From the NCBI GenBank assembly GCA_038496445.1, contig JALMLS010000156.1, positions 62,001 through 126,000 on the forward strand: 64,000 bases of DNA, in the 5' to 3' direction. Position 1 is the stretch's first letter, and each line of letters starts with the position of its first letter. Below are positions 27,720 through 41,258 of the stretch, in pieces. Under the pieces are notes generated by a model. It had not been told where the DNA came from. It made no database searches and saw nothing but the letters and a program-made list of their open reading frames with translations. This DNA is from Trichosphaerium sp. ATCC 40318 (lineage: Eukaryota; Protista; Tubulinea). Both the position numbers and the translations under genes were made by a program.

Positions 27720-28045
27720 TTGTACGCAATTGTTAATTGTTCAGTCAGAACTAGTAAAGTCTCTTAGAGGATTGAACACTTCGAACAAAAAAAAGTAACT
27801 TGGCCAACATTCAATCCTACTTTGAAATATTGTTTTTATAAGTGAATAAAACGCAAGGCGTTTTTGTGGGTGGAGGGAAAAAACGTAGAGAATATATGAA
27901 CGATTTGGAAATAGGCTGTTTTTTTCTACAACACATATGATTTTTTTTCATGAAAAAAAGGGAATGGATTGATTTGAGTTCATTGTCACTTGCTACTGGT
28001 TGTTTTATTAGGTTGTACAATTGTATATATTTATAGTAACGCTAA

Positions 28046-30120
28046 TCAACACATTTTTTCTGCTATCATTTTGGCAGCATTTCTACCAGCTATAGTAGAT
28101 GCTTCTAAAGAAAAAATAAAACAATCAGATTGAAGCAAAACTAATATTAAACATGTGAGTACCCATGGCTGTAGCAATATTCTCAATTGCATTCAGATAC
28201 AATAAACCATCATCTATGATAATATCCTGATAAATTTCAGTCGGAGACATGTCTGGAAAAGTATACCTAGACATGAACAAGTCAGAATTAATACTGTTAA
28301 AAAAAAAAAAAGTTGTTCTCAAAAAATTACTTTACGTTCCACTCTTTTAGTTATAAAAAATATATCATGAAACAAACACTTACGGCCAATGTTGAATGTA
28401 ACTGAACGATCTATCAAGATATATCTGATCAAGAACGTCATCTATGAAAGAAAAAAATAAGATAAAAACAGCAAATACCACGAAACATTTTTTGCAATTT
28501 TTTTCCTCTAGCGTTCTTGGCTTACCGCTGATAGGTTCATTTGAGAACGTCTTGTATATATTAAGACCACTCTTTGTTGTAGCAAGACCTGTGAGTACAT
28601 GGAATGGTGCCTTGGAATTCCTCAAAGTCAAAATCTAAAGCACGTTAGTATCGTTTTTTTCTCTAGCAACAGCACGTACATCATCTGGCACCTCTTGTAC
28701 GCCAAAATACTTTGGATTCAATCCTGAAGCGCCAATAACCGTTACATACCTGGTGGTACACGTAAGTACAAAACAGTAAACAGTGTGTAGTAGTACCAGT
28801 GTTTATAAGATCGAGGTGTAATTTTAGGTACTTTAAACCCTTCGAAAGTAAGGTTTGCAAACTCGATTGGTACAGCAAGTATGACAGCATCAAAGTCTTT
28901 TTGATAGTCTCCTGAAGCAAGTTCTATGTCGTATAGATTTCCAACACGTGAAATAGCTTCAACTGTCGCATTCAAAGTAGGTTTAACCTTGGAAAACTCA
29001 AGAATTTCATTAACAAACGCATCATTGCCACCATACGCAGTGTACGCATCAGAAAATGTCGGTAACACTGAGACAAGACCAGCAAAAGCTTTAGATATGG
29101 TTAGGACTATAACACCAAAACAGGTGTATTTTCACGTGATGAAAGAAGGTTTTCTTTTCGAAACGCTACAACATTTTCACCTACGAACGTACCTTGCACT
29201 GTATCTTCTTGATCGTATATTGTTCTTATAATTGGTTCCACTGTCTCAGCAATGAAAGATTCCTTAGCTCCTAGGTTTTTAAGGTAGTCATCAACACTGA
29301 CAGAAGAGAAATCCGTCAATGAAGCTACTTTTAAGAAAGATTCGATTGAAGTAAATGCCGCTTGATGTGTTCTATCGTCATAGTTTAAGTGAATGGCTCT
29401 ACGAAACATCTCCACAGCAGTGAGTAGTGCTATACTAGACAGGCTTATCTCCTCGGATACATTCTTGAGAGGAGTTCCAGGACCTCCCCATACACCAACA
29501 ATACCTGTGGGCAAGTACGTGAGATGAAGAAACCAACAGAGAAATTAAAAAAAATACGTGAGTTTTCGTGGTCCTAATCAAACTAACACATGTGTCACGT
29601 ACCGTTGCCGTTGAAAGTGCTGTTATCGTATTGGATATTAAGCTTTGCTGCTATTTCTCTTAAATAATAATTCTCCGTTGCCCAAGCGTCGCCACCAACC
29701 TATCACTAATTCAGTCATCGGGTTTTATGCGTTTGGAAGAATGATAAACTGATTTAATCATTTCTGCTTACCTCTACAACGATATCTTCTATTTCGATGT
29801 GTTTTAACCTTCCGCCTACTCTACCCGATTTTTCAAACACCTTTTGGAAGACGTTACTTCTTGTTTTAACGTTTTATTTTTAAAACGTATTGGAGGCATT
29901 TTGGAAACGTACGTGAATATCCAGAGGTGCCGCATTACAGAATTCACGTAAATAATACGCAGTTGTAGCGCCTCCCATTCCAGCGCCGACTATACCGATC
30001 TTTACGCTCTCGGACATACTCTAAACCTATTGTTAGCCAATTAATTAACTATTAGCTTTATCATCGTACAAACAAGCAACAAAGCCATAAAACAGTAACA
30101 ACACTCATAGAATATCCCAT
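28046..30120 (-). CDS. Prenylcysteine oxidase / farnesylcysteine lyase-like flavoprotein
   Basis: Signal peptide; KIGIVGAGMGGATTAYYL, FEKSGRVGGR, IIRTIYDQ, FDAVILAVP, YKTFS, LLYLNAIENIATAMEASTIAGRNAA. Confidence 0.88.
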
Positions 30121-30415
30121 TGACGCAAGCACAGTGTTATCAGACTTCCGCTATCAAGTAAATACAGCGCACTTAACTAATGAGCTAAGTCACACTGTGA
30201 CATGAATATGAATACAGGTCACACCAAGAGCTCTTGTTTCTACATTGTTCCGTATCTTATTCTCGTAAATACCATTAATAGCAATGCATCACTCTGAGAA
30301 CACTTCATATTTCACACCAAAACAATTATTGAGCAAACTCCTCTTTTTTGGTAAATATTTTATTCTTTTACCCCTTACTGTACACCATATTGTTAACATT
30401 TCTTTCTTTCTTTTT

Positions 30416-33400
30416 TTATAAAAACACGTGACTGTTCACTTTAAGCCAAGTTTTAAACCTCTTTGCTTTTCTACCTGTTAACATTTCATAGTCTGGAAAA
30501 AGTGAGCATTGAAATCCTTTTTTGCTGGCTTGTGTCAGCTTTGTAAAATACATTGCGGCATCGTTTGACATATGTGCCGTTTTAGAAAAGTAATCCTTTG
30601 TTGGTACATATTTATACTCAACCTTTTCACCCAACTCTTCTCTAAAGAAAACAAGTAAATGATCCAAGGTTTACCAAGTTAAAATCTTCCTAAAAAAGTT
30701 CATAAATCTTTGTTGGCCTTACCCGATAGCCTTTGCAATTTCACTTCCAGATAGAAGCTCGCCTGTAAACTCCCATACTCGTTTACACTTAAATCTATTG
30801 AAATCGTCAGATTTAAGTATAAGCATAGACACTGCTTGAGCCAGATCTTAAAACAAAAAGAATTAGTAAAAAATAGCACCAAAAAAATCCAAGAATTGAC
30901 ACCTACCTGAAGGATGAATATACGCTAGCTTTTTATCACTTGCGTAAGGACAGCTCATAGTCCTATTAAAACATTAGATTCTCAAATTATCGAAGAACAT
31001 ACCTGTCCCTACGAATAAGTCCAGCAGTACTATAAGCCATATTGCTGAACGGAGAACAATGACGCATTCGCACAAAACGTCTATTAAGAGACTTAAATAG
31101 CTTCTCAATGGTAGTAACCCATTTAGTAGCTCCCCATTTCTCTGGTGTATTACCATAGTGTAATGTCAAAATATACTTAACGTTTGACTTAGCAATACAC
31201 TCAGAGTATATTGTAGCTTCTCTAATAGCAACAGTTGGCGTTGACACGCTTGCGTATAGAATAGTATGAACTCCTAGAGAACATTAGCCAGTAATACAGT
31301 AGGCATACATGCACTACTTACCCTTCAACGCAACTGAAATAGTGTGGGGCTTATCAAGGTTCACTATAACTATTTTGGCACCAAAAGACTAAAACAAATT
31401 AAGTATATCCTTTGCATTATCTCTTGTTACCTCAAGTTGTTGTTGTAGTATTATTGTCACCATACTCTCTTCTATAGCAATACGAATATCACATCGTTGC
31501 ATAAGAGATAAATAATTGGCAATAACACGTGGCGTAGTCAAATGACCATTAAAAATAAGAATCTTGTGTGGATGTTTTTCAACCAAATGGTTAACATCTC
31601 GTTTATTCTCCACTGATGCCTTTGGTTTAGAGCTACTAGCACCTATAATGATAAAATAAGCATAAGAAAAACTAGCAATATCAAAGTAACTGATAGTTGA
31701 ACGTACATCGCCTCATCATCATTCCAAGTGAAGTTTGTTTTGCTCTAGCTGCCAAAATACCTTTTTTCAAAATCAGTTAAACACGAAGGACGTTTCATTC
31801 TCCCCACTTGTTTAAAGAGAAATGTAATTTTACTTACCTTTACTAATAATCTTATCGCCCTCAAATACAACTCCATTTTGAGAACCAAATGAAAGTGTTA
31901 TAATCTTTGGTGTTGATTTATATTTTTTCATTGGTTTGTCCTTGCACGTGTTTACAATATTTTGTGCTACAACTTCGCCTACACAAAGTAAGAAATAATA
32001 AATCTACAATCCTGAAAAGAAATATTATACAATATAGAGGTTCAGAGTCATACCCCAATTCACAATTTTCTTAAAAGAAAAACACACATAAAATTCAAAA
32101 AAAAAGGACTGAGTTACCTTGCTTTATAGCACTCTCCGCTAACTTCTCCTCACGTGTATTCGCAATATCTCCAGCCGCAAAAAAATTGGGTAAAACTTCA
32201 CCCTTGTACGATGTGAATTGCAAATACTCATTAACCTAAAAAAATAAATATGCAATAAAAAACGTTTGTATTTACTTGAATAGTTCGTGACGAAGGTATA
32301 AGAAAGTCTTCATAGTGCTTAGTCAGGAAACTACTCGAAGATAGTCCACCAGTAGATTCCCAAACGAACCAATCTTTATCAAAAGTCATACCTAATAAGC
32401 ACGTGAGCGCAAGCAGCGACTACATCTAAAGCAAAAAAAATATTACCTGAGAAAGCAGCAACATGCTCACAAGTATCTTGATTGTACAATACTTCCTCAT
32501 AGTGGAGTATTGTAACACCATGAGATTTAATGATATTGCGCATACATTTTTGTACTGATTTAGGGAATCTCGGAAGTATAGTACCTAAGGACGTCGTTAT
32601 TTGCTTCAAATGAAAATAAAAAAATAAAAGAAAATCGTCATGTACCTCCAGACGTTGCCAAAACAATGTTCTTTGTTGGGTACTTGTCTACTACTTCACC
32701 ACAAGTCTCAACACCAACTGGACCACCTATAAACCACATTAATTAATTTCATTCTCATAAACGTGAAGAAAAAAAGAGACAAACCTCCAATAATCAATAC
32801 ATTATCTGCATCCTTCAAGTCAAGGTTATCAATGTTGATATCCTTTGAAGTCAAAAGAGATCCTATAAATCTTGTGTCAAAATTACAATAAGATTATTTG
32901 TAAATCAAAGACATACCCTGACGTGTGGGGTATATAGTGCCTGTACACGTGACCAACACATCAAAAAAAATCGTATTGTCATTAAGGATTACTGTTTTAG
33001 GTGTAACCTGCCGTATAACGCTTTCTATACACTTGGTATTACTAAGAATCTTTGCATAAGGCATTGTATTCTTTGTAGCCCAACCAACAGCCTCCTGAAT
33101 ACCAGGCATTGTAAGAATTTTTAAAAGCGCTGGAACACTCTCAAAGTAACTTTTACAATCAATTAAAGTAACATCAAATCCTTTCTTATCCTCAAGTGCC
33201 TTAGCAACAGTAATACCAGCAAACCCACCACCCTATCAACCCACATAAACAAATCATCGTTACAATAGTAAAGAAACGTACAAGAATAACAACACTCAGT
33301 CGTCGCCTCGCTTTTCTCATTGTGCCATTTGTCAACTCAGATAGTTGAACTTCATGAGTTCTTGGAACAGTTCCGTTATTCCTAACATTAATTAGACCCT

Positions 33401-34737
33401 TCACACGACAATCATAATCTCATTCATACCACCTATTTGCTCTATCAAGTAGACGGAACGTAACACTGCGTGGAATGTTTGGTAGTGAGGCACTCAAGTT
33501 CGCACTAAATGACGATGTTATTGAATCTACTGGCGTGGATCTTTTTTTGCTCTTCACTTTTGGTGACGATTTACGTCTAGGAGTATGTCCAGCAGCGTAA
33601 GTTTCCTGTGTATAACATTAACATTGTATGCGAGCATCTATATACGCACTGTAGAATCTATAATACGATCTTTGAAAGCTTTCTCACCTTTAAGTCTTGG
33701 TGGCTTTAAAAAAAACCCGTTAATGAAATTAAAGTCACCAAAACCATTCTACTTACACTAATAGGTTCAGCATCTTCTTTTGACGCGTTGATTTTTATAT
33801 TTGAAGGTGTTGGAGTCCTAGAAAGCCTCACTCGTTTTTTTGTAGATTCCTTGTGTTGGACTTCATCTACCAACTCTATAGCCTGCATTCGAAGCCTCTT
33901 TTTGTGTTCTACAGCAAGTCTACTATCACTAAAAGACCGTAAGGACATTGTACGAGGAACAGCAATTGTGAGAAGAGAGCATTGAAAAATCAATTCATAA
34001 CTCATACCTAGTTGATAGCATTGGCGCTGGTCGAACACTTTGCCGTTTCTTTAGTGCTACCATATCTACTACAGGTACACTAGGACTAGCACGTGACTTA
34101 TTACGCACTACACGCTTTACTGCAGCTCGCTTTTTTAGCTTAAGTTCTTCGTGCTTCCAGTTAATCTAAGTAGAAGTTTTAGTTCAGTTTTACGATTTGA
34201 AGGCAAAAAAGAGCAAAACTTTTCCCAAATTCTCATAAAACACAAAAGAAATTAAAACAACTGAGTAAATCATACAAACGAGCCTCCATTTCCTTCTTCA
34301 AGAACAGATTCATTATCGTGAGCTAATTTGACCAAGTTGCTAAAAGTATTGCTATTTTCGTCGCTGTCTGGCTCGTTAATGTCTTGGTTATTATTCAACG
34401 ATAGAAGGTTAGGCGTCGATGCATTGTTCGTCATTGATAATCCTGATTATGGCGTCATACAAAGAAAATAGTGTCAACTCCCTTACCGCCTAAACTTTCA
34501 GTGCTTCTGCTCTTACGAAGTGGAACCTTAGTTAATATTAGCTCCTCTTTTGATATAAATCTCACAGGTGACGTTATAACTGAATTCGACCTACAACGCT
34601 TTAGTTGCATTCCTTTTAGTACGTTATACACACTTTTGGTGGCTTCGTTTCTGTTTGTCCCTTCCGTTGCGTTCACGGGCTTTTCCTTTTGAACGTTCTA
34701 CGCCCCTACGCGACGGGCTTGAGCGTTTAGAGCTCAT
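30416..34737 (-). CDS. Disordered N-terminus + AIFM2/FSP1-like FAD oxidoreductase + NmrA-like Rossmann domain fusion
   Basis: GGGFAG, VTCTG, IIGGGPVGVETCGE, FFAAGDI; in-frame splice to KILIFNGHL..., IHPSDLAQAV, WEFTGELLSGSEIAKAIG...GEKVEYKYV. Confidence 0.8.
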
Positions 34738-35215
34738 TTAGAGTATTAGTTTAGCGCCCCGTCTACACATCAATTTTTGTAAACCCAAACTGAAATAAGG
34801 CTTGTGGGTTGCGATAGGACTTCTTATTACTTTGTTTGTATAATAGGCAAGTCAAACACGGCCTTAACCGCTTGTAATTGACCAACACAAGCAATTGTTT
34901 TCGTAATTTCAGAACTTTTGTTGCAGGTTAAAACAACGAGAAAAACAAACTCCAGGCGTCGGCGTTACCTTCCCCGATAACAAATCAAACCAAAGTAAGT
35001 TGTTGAAACTGTATTTAAAAGGACGAGTATTACTTCACACGGCGTAGAGTGTGTTATTAATGAATTCTGATAACATTTGGTTTTGTCTCGATCATTTCTC
35101 CCAATTAAGAATTAGAATTACTGACTACGGGCTGCCAGGTTTTATATGGCAGTTTTGACAGCTTTTGCACTAGTTGTAATTTTTATTGGATTGCAAACAA
35201 AAAAGTTGTAGAATC

Positions 35216-35515
35216 TCAGTTTGCCTTTCGTACTGTAGGTCCATCAGGAGATGGTTTGGGCGCTTTAAACAGCTTTTAGTTGTAAATAAACGTCAGTTGA
35301 ACATAGTTGCGCTATACGCACGTACCTTCTTATTATACGCTAACAAAAGCTTACTCTTCCTTGGATTGAGTTGTTTTAGTACATTCTTGGATAATCTTTC
35401 TTTCAAAATCGCCTCAAATAGTGTTTTTTATAGTCTCTCAGTATGTTCTTGCTCTTCTTTCTTCCACGCTAACATTTGTGCTTTTTAAGCATCCCAATCC
35501 GCGTTCCACAACTAC
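35216..35515 (-). pseudogene. Degraded spliced coding fragment
   Basis: Frame LWNADWDA*KAQMLAWKKEEQEHTERL*KTLFEAILKERL... has two in-frame TAA and a GTACGT donor near 35332. Confidence 0.3.
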
Positions 35516-35853
35516 TATTGTGGTCTTGACTGCTTTTAGTACAACTGTAAACCTGCACACCCTTATATTGTCGCAAATGTACTTCATTAGTGGTACAGAC
35601 CATGCTATGATTGCAGGTCTAGAAAGGTTTATCAAACCAGCTGGCTCTGAAGTGTTAGTGTAGCTTCAGCCGGAGGTGCAGTAGAACTATCATTGTTAGG
35701 TTATAAACCAATAATAATTAAACAAGAACGTAGAGAGACGCTCGTGCCATGTAAGTTCATTGTCCAAATAAGGCTAGTAACGTCGACATAATTAAATACA
35801 GCAATTTTAAGCAACTGCTACAAAAAAATGCAGTTTTATTATTTTGTGACTTC

Positions 35854-37608
35854 TTATTGTCCTGATGCAAGTTCTACTCTAGTACTTCCACTACTCATCA
35901 TCTCGACATCTCTGCGATTATTACCATCGCTCATTGGAGATGCACGTGTCTCCCTGTATGGCATTGTCATATTGGAAAAGCACTTTACTTTGAACACAAA
36001 CATTATCAACACTACCAAGATTATACTGATTGCTATGCCTACAAAAACAGAGCTAATGACTGCTATGAGTATATCATCATCTTTTGAAGAACCACAAGAC
36101 TTTTCTCGTAACACATAAATGACAGATTGTCCTAAATAAGGATAAGAAAAAAGGTAAAAGAAAAAAAAGATTTCAGCAAAAACCAAGGAAAAAAATGTGT
36201 ACCGTCGTTTTCTAAACTCTGTTGGACACATTCATCCGAGTCTTTAATTACTACAAAATCATTCACTGGTATACATTTTTCATCTACCCATGATAGACGC
36301 GTGCTATAGAGAGTTAGGAAGGTACGCCATTTGTGATTTAAAAAAAAAAACTTACCCATTTTCGGCATTTAGAACATCAATAACAGTGCCGTTGTCTAAT
36401 AGTAAACAACCATGAACTTCCACAATTACTTGTCCATCAAAAACAAGAGTCTTATTTGTTGCATTAAGGTCTCCTAAGAAACAATAAAACGTCAGCGACT
36501 TCTTAAAGGAAGAACAAAAGTACCAAGTATAACAGTTGTGTTATGAAAAACAATAACGGGCTTAATCGGCGACCACTCTCCTGAATCACATGAGAAGCCT
36601 GATATATCAATTTCACACTTCTCGTCTATTTCTATTGAAAAGTTAGAAATATTCTGAACAAGTGCACGTGCCATAACCAAATATCTGAACGTTTAAGTCA
36701 ATACCACCTTGAATCTCAATACGTGATCGAAAGTCACCACTAGGAAGTTCAAAAGTAGTTACTTCTCTGTCCATGCTTTCTTGAACGACGTCCCCACTGA
36801 AATTTGCTATCGAACCATGTAAACTTAATTGTGCTCTAGGACTTGATGTCTGTGGTTCAGCATGTATAGCAAAGTAGTACTCCCCAGATTTTTGAGTGAA
36901 ATTAAGTGAGGATAAATCCCAATCAAGTTGCCAAAGTTTTTGTAGTCCAGTCAGAGTACTAAAATAAGAGACTGATGTGTTTGGGTACGTTACAGGTGTT
37001 GCTTTGATAGTATCGTTGAAATTAGACGACGTTAGGATAGGTATAACACTAGTAGCGTTGCCAAAGTATAAGGTTATTCTATGTAGGAACTTAGAGCGAA
37101 TTGTGTTTTTCGAATAAAAAAAGAGGAAAAAAAACTATGACGTGATAGGTCATGTTGTTAAAAAGCATTGTTGCTTTGTCTTGCGTTTTCTTATTTTTTG
37201 ACTCACTTTTCGAAGACGTTGGATAAGTCATCTGATTTTTCGCTATCGGTTGCCCACAATCTTATTGATTCTATACGCCATGATTTAGTCGTTTCAGGCA
37301 GAACTAAGTTGTCTCCAATCATCCCAATACTTGTCCCATTCTGAAGACTTAGTGGTAACGTTGCCCAATTACTACGCTTGGGACCTACAAGTCACAGTGT
37401 TATGGTTAAAATTGATGAGAGAAAAGCAGAATCTTGTTAGTGCTTCAGAATTCTTCACGTGCGCAGTATTTTGCTTAAAAGACGTACCATCATTTAGATT
37501 AGATACTGGTAGTGCCCTATTGAAGAGCATTTCGCTTGTAACTGGGAAAACAAACAAGAATACTAGGAGAATTGAAGAGACGGTATAGTTACAATGTGGT
37601 TGCGTCAT
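35854..37608 (-). CDS. Type I membrane protein with N-terminal domain resembling bacterial PEP-CTERM surface proteins
   Basis: Signal peptide; spliced LFNRALPVSNLNDGPKRSNWA..MIGDNLVL..WRIESIRLW..LWQLDW..EYYFAI; TM ILIAVISSVFVGIAISIILVVLIMFVF. Confidence 0.7.
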
Positions 37609-38311
37609 TTGTGGTAATAATGAGAAGTTTTTTTGTACTTTTTCTTTTTTTGTTAAGGAGCACGTTTCACTAAGCGTCAACTTTGATTGTTACGAAATAT
37701 CTATCGACAACTACATGTAGCAATCTATTACTTTTATTCTTAAACATGTTACCTACCTGGACTTAATTTTTATATAAACAGCCATTTAGAATAGAATGCA
37801 CAATTATAAAATGCTTCGCTTTATTTTGTCTACAGTGCACAGTCTTTAATTTGGACTAGAAGCGTAGATATTACTTGTGAAGTATTTTATTCTTAATTGA
37901 TGAAAGTGCAAAAGTGTTAGAGCGATACACAGAACTGACAAACTAAAAACAAGCTTGTAGGAATCACGCGTCAATGCACACAACAGCGTCACACAGCTTT
38001 TTTGGTGTTACGGGGTACAAAATTCGCGGCCTTTATTATTCGGGTAATTAATACAACAATAATCCTTGCTTGAGCCTTTACGAAACAAGAAGCTATAAAA
38101 AAACCGGTTTGTCAGGTTTGAAAGTTTTTAAATTTATCACGTGCTTTTTTTCTGGTTTCGAAAAAAAAATCTGTTGGAGTTAAACTTAGAAACGCTACGA
38201 CTCAGTCACACAGAACTAGAAGCGTTGAAAAACATAACGTACATAGCTCTCTTACTCAAGGGATTAGATAGTTGCCTTGCTAAGAAAGCTATAAAGAAAA
38301 ATAACCAAGAA

Positions 38312-38863
38312 ATGAGCGTATCTCCTAGAGAAAGGTGTACTCAAACATGTCCTTTCCTTTCTCTGCCTTTAGAACTTCATTATGCAATATTTACAATGAC
38401 AAAAGAGACATACGCACGTTGGCCTACGCTATGCGTTCAAACAGCTATTACAAGTAGATATAACGACAATTTGGAAAAACACGGCCGTTTCGTCAGGTAC
38501 GTACCATTCATACACGGATTCAGTCAAAGACGCTATCATAATGACAAGGAAGACGGTCCACATAAGATTTGGTTTAAAAACGGGCAACTACGCGAACTGA
38601 GATACTTCAAAAACGGCGTTCTAGAGGGTGAGAGAACACTATGGCATTATAATGGAGTTATTAGAGAGAAGAGTAATACAAAGAATGGTGTATTGGATGG
38701 AGAGTACCAAAGATGGTATAGGAACGGGACACTAAAGGAACAAGGATATATGAAACGTGGTTTAAAGAATGGAGTGTTTAAACTGTGGGATAGCTATGGT
38801 AACTTGAAATATGAAAGAGTCTTTAAGGATGGGAAGAAACAGAGTCAATCACTTAGTTTGTAA
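38312..38863 (+). CDS. F-box-like + MORN-variant repeat protein, intronless
   Basis: FLSLPLELHYAIF F-box start; 4-5 repeats such as EDGPHKIWFKNGQLRELRYFKNG. Confidence 0.8.
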   Translation: MSVSPRERCTQTCPFLSLPLELHYAIFTMTKETYARWPTLCVQTAITSRYNDNLEKHGRFVRYVPFIHGFSQRRYHNDKEDGPHKIWFKNGQLRELRYFKNGVLEGERTLWHYNGVIREKSNTKNGVLDGEYQRWYRNGTLKEQGYMKRGLKNGVFKLWDSYGNLKYERVFKDGKKQSQSLSL

Positions 38864-39221
38864 AGGCAAGAAAAGCGAAAAATAAATATTGTATTCTTCT
38901 CTATGCAATGTAAAATGACATAACGTTTCTTTGTTAAGCAAAGTGGAATTCGCCATTTTTTTTTTTATCCGTTTGCAACGGTTTGAGGTAAAGTTTATGT
39001 TATAATGTACGCAGTATGGATCAGAGTGGTAGCTGGCGTGTAATATTTATTGCTTGCCTCACTAAGGGCTGATACAAGTTCAGTACAATTAAGCCCCCAT
39101 TGTGCATATCTTACAAGCAACAAGCCAAGCAAAAATTTGTAAGTAGAAATTAAGTACTTTTTTGACAACAGTACATTTTAGTTTGTGTCTGTTGAATTTT
39201 AAAAAATATGGTGTTACTTAA

Positions 39222-41198
39222 TTATTTGCGCCACAATAAACCTCTAATTTTAAGGTGTGGTGGGTTTCTTCTCTCTGGTGCTTCTGGATCCCTTGGTACT
39301 TTTTCTAAATTACAATGTGATAAGACACGTTTTACAAAGTAAGCTTCTTGTTCTTTTGTTATCTCTTCTTTGTACTGACGGCGAAAGAATTGAGATATGG
39401 CACTAAATGAAGATATTAATCAACACAGCAACGCACAGAACACAAAACAAAGACAAAACAAAAAAGAAGAAAAAAAGAGGAAAAAAAAACCCTGTAAAGT
39501 TGCAACTACTGTAGCCGGTTAGGGGTAACAAAAAATTTTAACAATCAAGATAAATCAAATAACTGTGTACCTTTCTAAGTTTGGTAATAGAGTCTGATTC
39601 CAAGAAGGGTATCTAAAAGAACAATTACTTTGATAAACTAACTGCACAAAAAAACCAGTACGTTTTGTTTTGTTCAATTACATTGAGTAACCAGTAGACC
39701 AGGGATTCACATCGTGTATCAAGTAAGTGTTTTACAAAATTACCTTTACCGCTAGAACCAAAAAACATATTTACAGATATAGCAGTAGTGTCCTAAAAAC
39801 AATAAGAAGAATAATAATAGCGAACAAGTTATGGCTTGTTTCAATGTATATTATCACTATGCAAAAGAAATATGTAGTGCTTTTGAAATTCATACGGAGC
39901 ATTTACATATTGCACAAGTTGACAGGACATGTCATGACAAAAAGAAGAAAAAAAAAACAAAAAAAAAGTTCTTAGCTTACCGAAGTTACTTGATGCCAAT
40001 AGAAAGCTGGAATGAATAATGCATCACCTAAGGTTATTTAGTTTTTTTTCAATCAAAAGCTTGTAATAGTATGTTCGTCTCCTTCTTACCAGGCTCAAGA
40101 TGATGAACTTCAGGTGCCATATCTTTAAACAAAGGGAATTTTTTTATGTCTGGGTTATCACAATCTACTTGTGATTGTATTGTTCTTCCTTTACTTCCCA
40201 TCTTATTTGGATACATTGCCTAAATAATAACTTAATGGTGGAATGAAAGGTAGTGGACAGACAAGTAACGTACATGAAACTTTTCATACGAATACAGTTT
40301 TATAGTTTTCGAACCGTGTAGCTGAACTAAGAGTCCATCATCTGGGTCTACATGACAATATTCATAATGGCCTTCATGTGCTATCCATAGAAATGGCCCT
40401 AGTTAAAATACATGAGTAATTAAGCAAAAAACGTGGGCGATGATGAGAGGTCAAAAACAAAAATAGCGTTCTGCTTCTAGATTTTTTTGCACGTGACATG
40501 TTGACGGAAATTGTTAGTTGTACCTCCATGTAAATTACCAATAAATGAAGGAATCTCGAGGTCTAGTTATGTTTAATAAATAAAGGGTAAGGATGAGATG
40601 TGACATCAAAAACCTTCAAGTAATTCAGGATATAATCTCTTCAAATTTTGAACAGCAAGGTAGTATTTGGAAGCTGTTTTAGAGCCAGACAATAAGCGTT
40701 TGATATAGTCTGAGAACTTCATTTTTACAATCTAGGTATAAATGAGCTCCAGGTAGAGCTTAAAGAACACAATCAACTCCCGAAGTCAAGGGCAATAAAA
40801 AAAAACTTCGCAAGCAGTTTTAGCCTTTGTACGGTACCTTATACTCCGTTCCAACCTTATAGGATGCCTCTGTTTCCTTCTTGCGCACCCAAAACTGACA
40901 GATAACGGTAAATACTTTAAACGTACGCTAAATTATTCAAAGTTACCTCTGTATCTCCAACACGCGAAGAAAGTCCTTCTGGCGTCCTTCAAACTTTAAT
41001 TCCGTGTTGTAAAATATTTTATTGCTTTAGTACCATTTTGTAGCAGGCCAATTGCTGGCTAAACCCCTTAGAACAGCAGGTATACCTAAATTATTACAAT
41101 ACGCCTCAAAATGAACGTCACGCACCTTTGTTGACGAATTCTGTTCTAAACTCTTCCTGATCAATATCGCCAGGGACTTCACGGCCTGTGGCCTCCAT
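39222..41198 (-). CDS. JmjC (cupin-like 8; JMJD5/7/TYW5 group) 2-oxoglutarate oxygenase
   Basis: PAVLRGLASNWPATKW, FLWIAHEG..CHVDPDD (HxD), LEPGDALFIPAFYWHQV, ends LKIRGLLWRK. Confidence 0.9.
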
Positions 41199-41258
41199 CG
41201 TGTCACTGATACCGAGGTGACTTAATTCATCCATGTTTTATTTTAAAATTACTCAACG
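41199..41258. promoter_or_regulatory. Ultra-compact bidirectional promoter (JmjC / DeSI)
   Basis: 60 bp between divergent ATGs. Confidence 0.6.

Noticed and set aside
35216-35515. TAA reassignment to Gln suggested by in-frame TAA codons
   Set aside because: Conserved genes in the window have no internal TAA/TAG and terminate with TAA, TAG or TGA; pseudogene decay is simpler.
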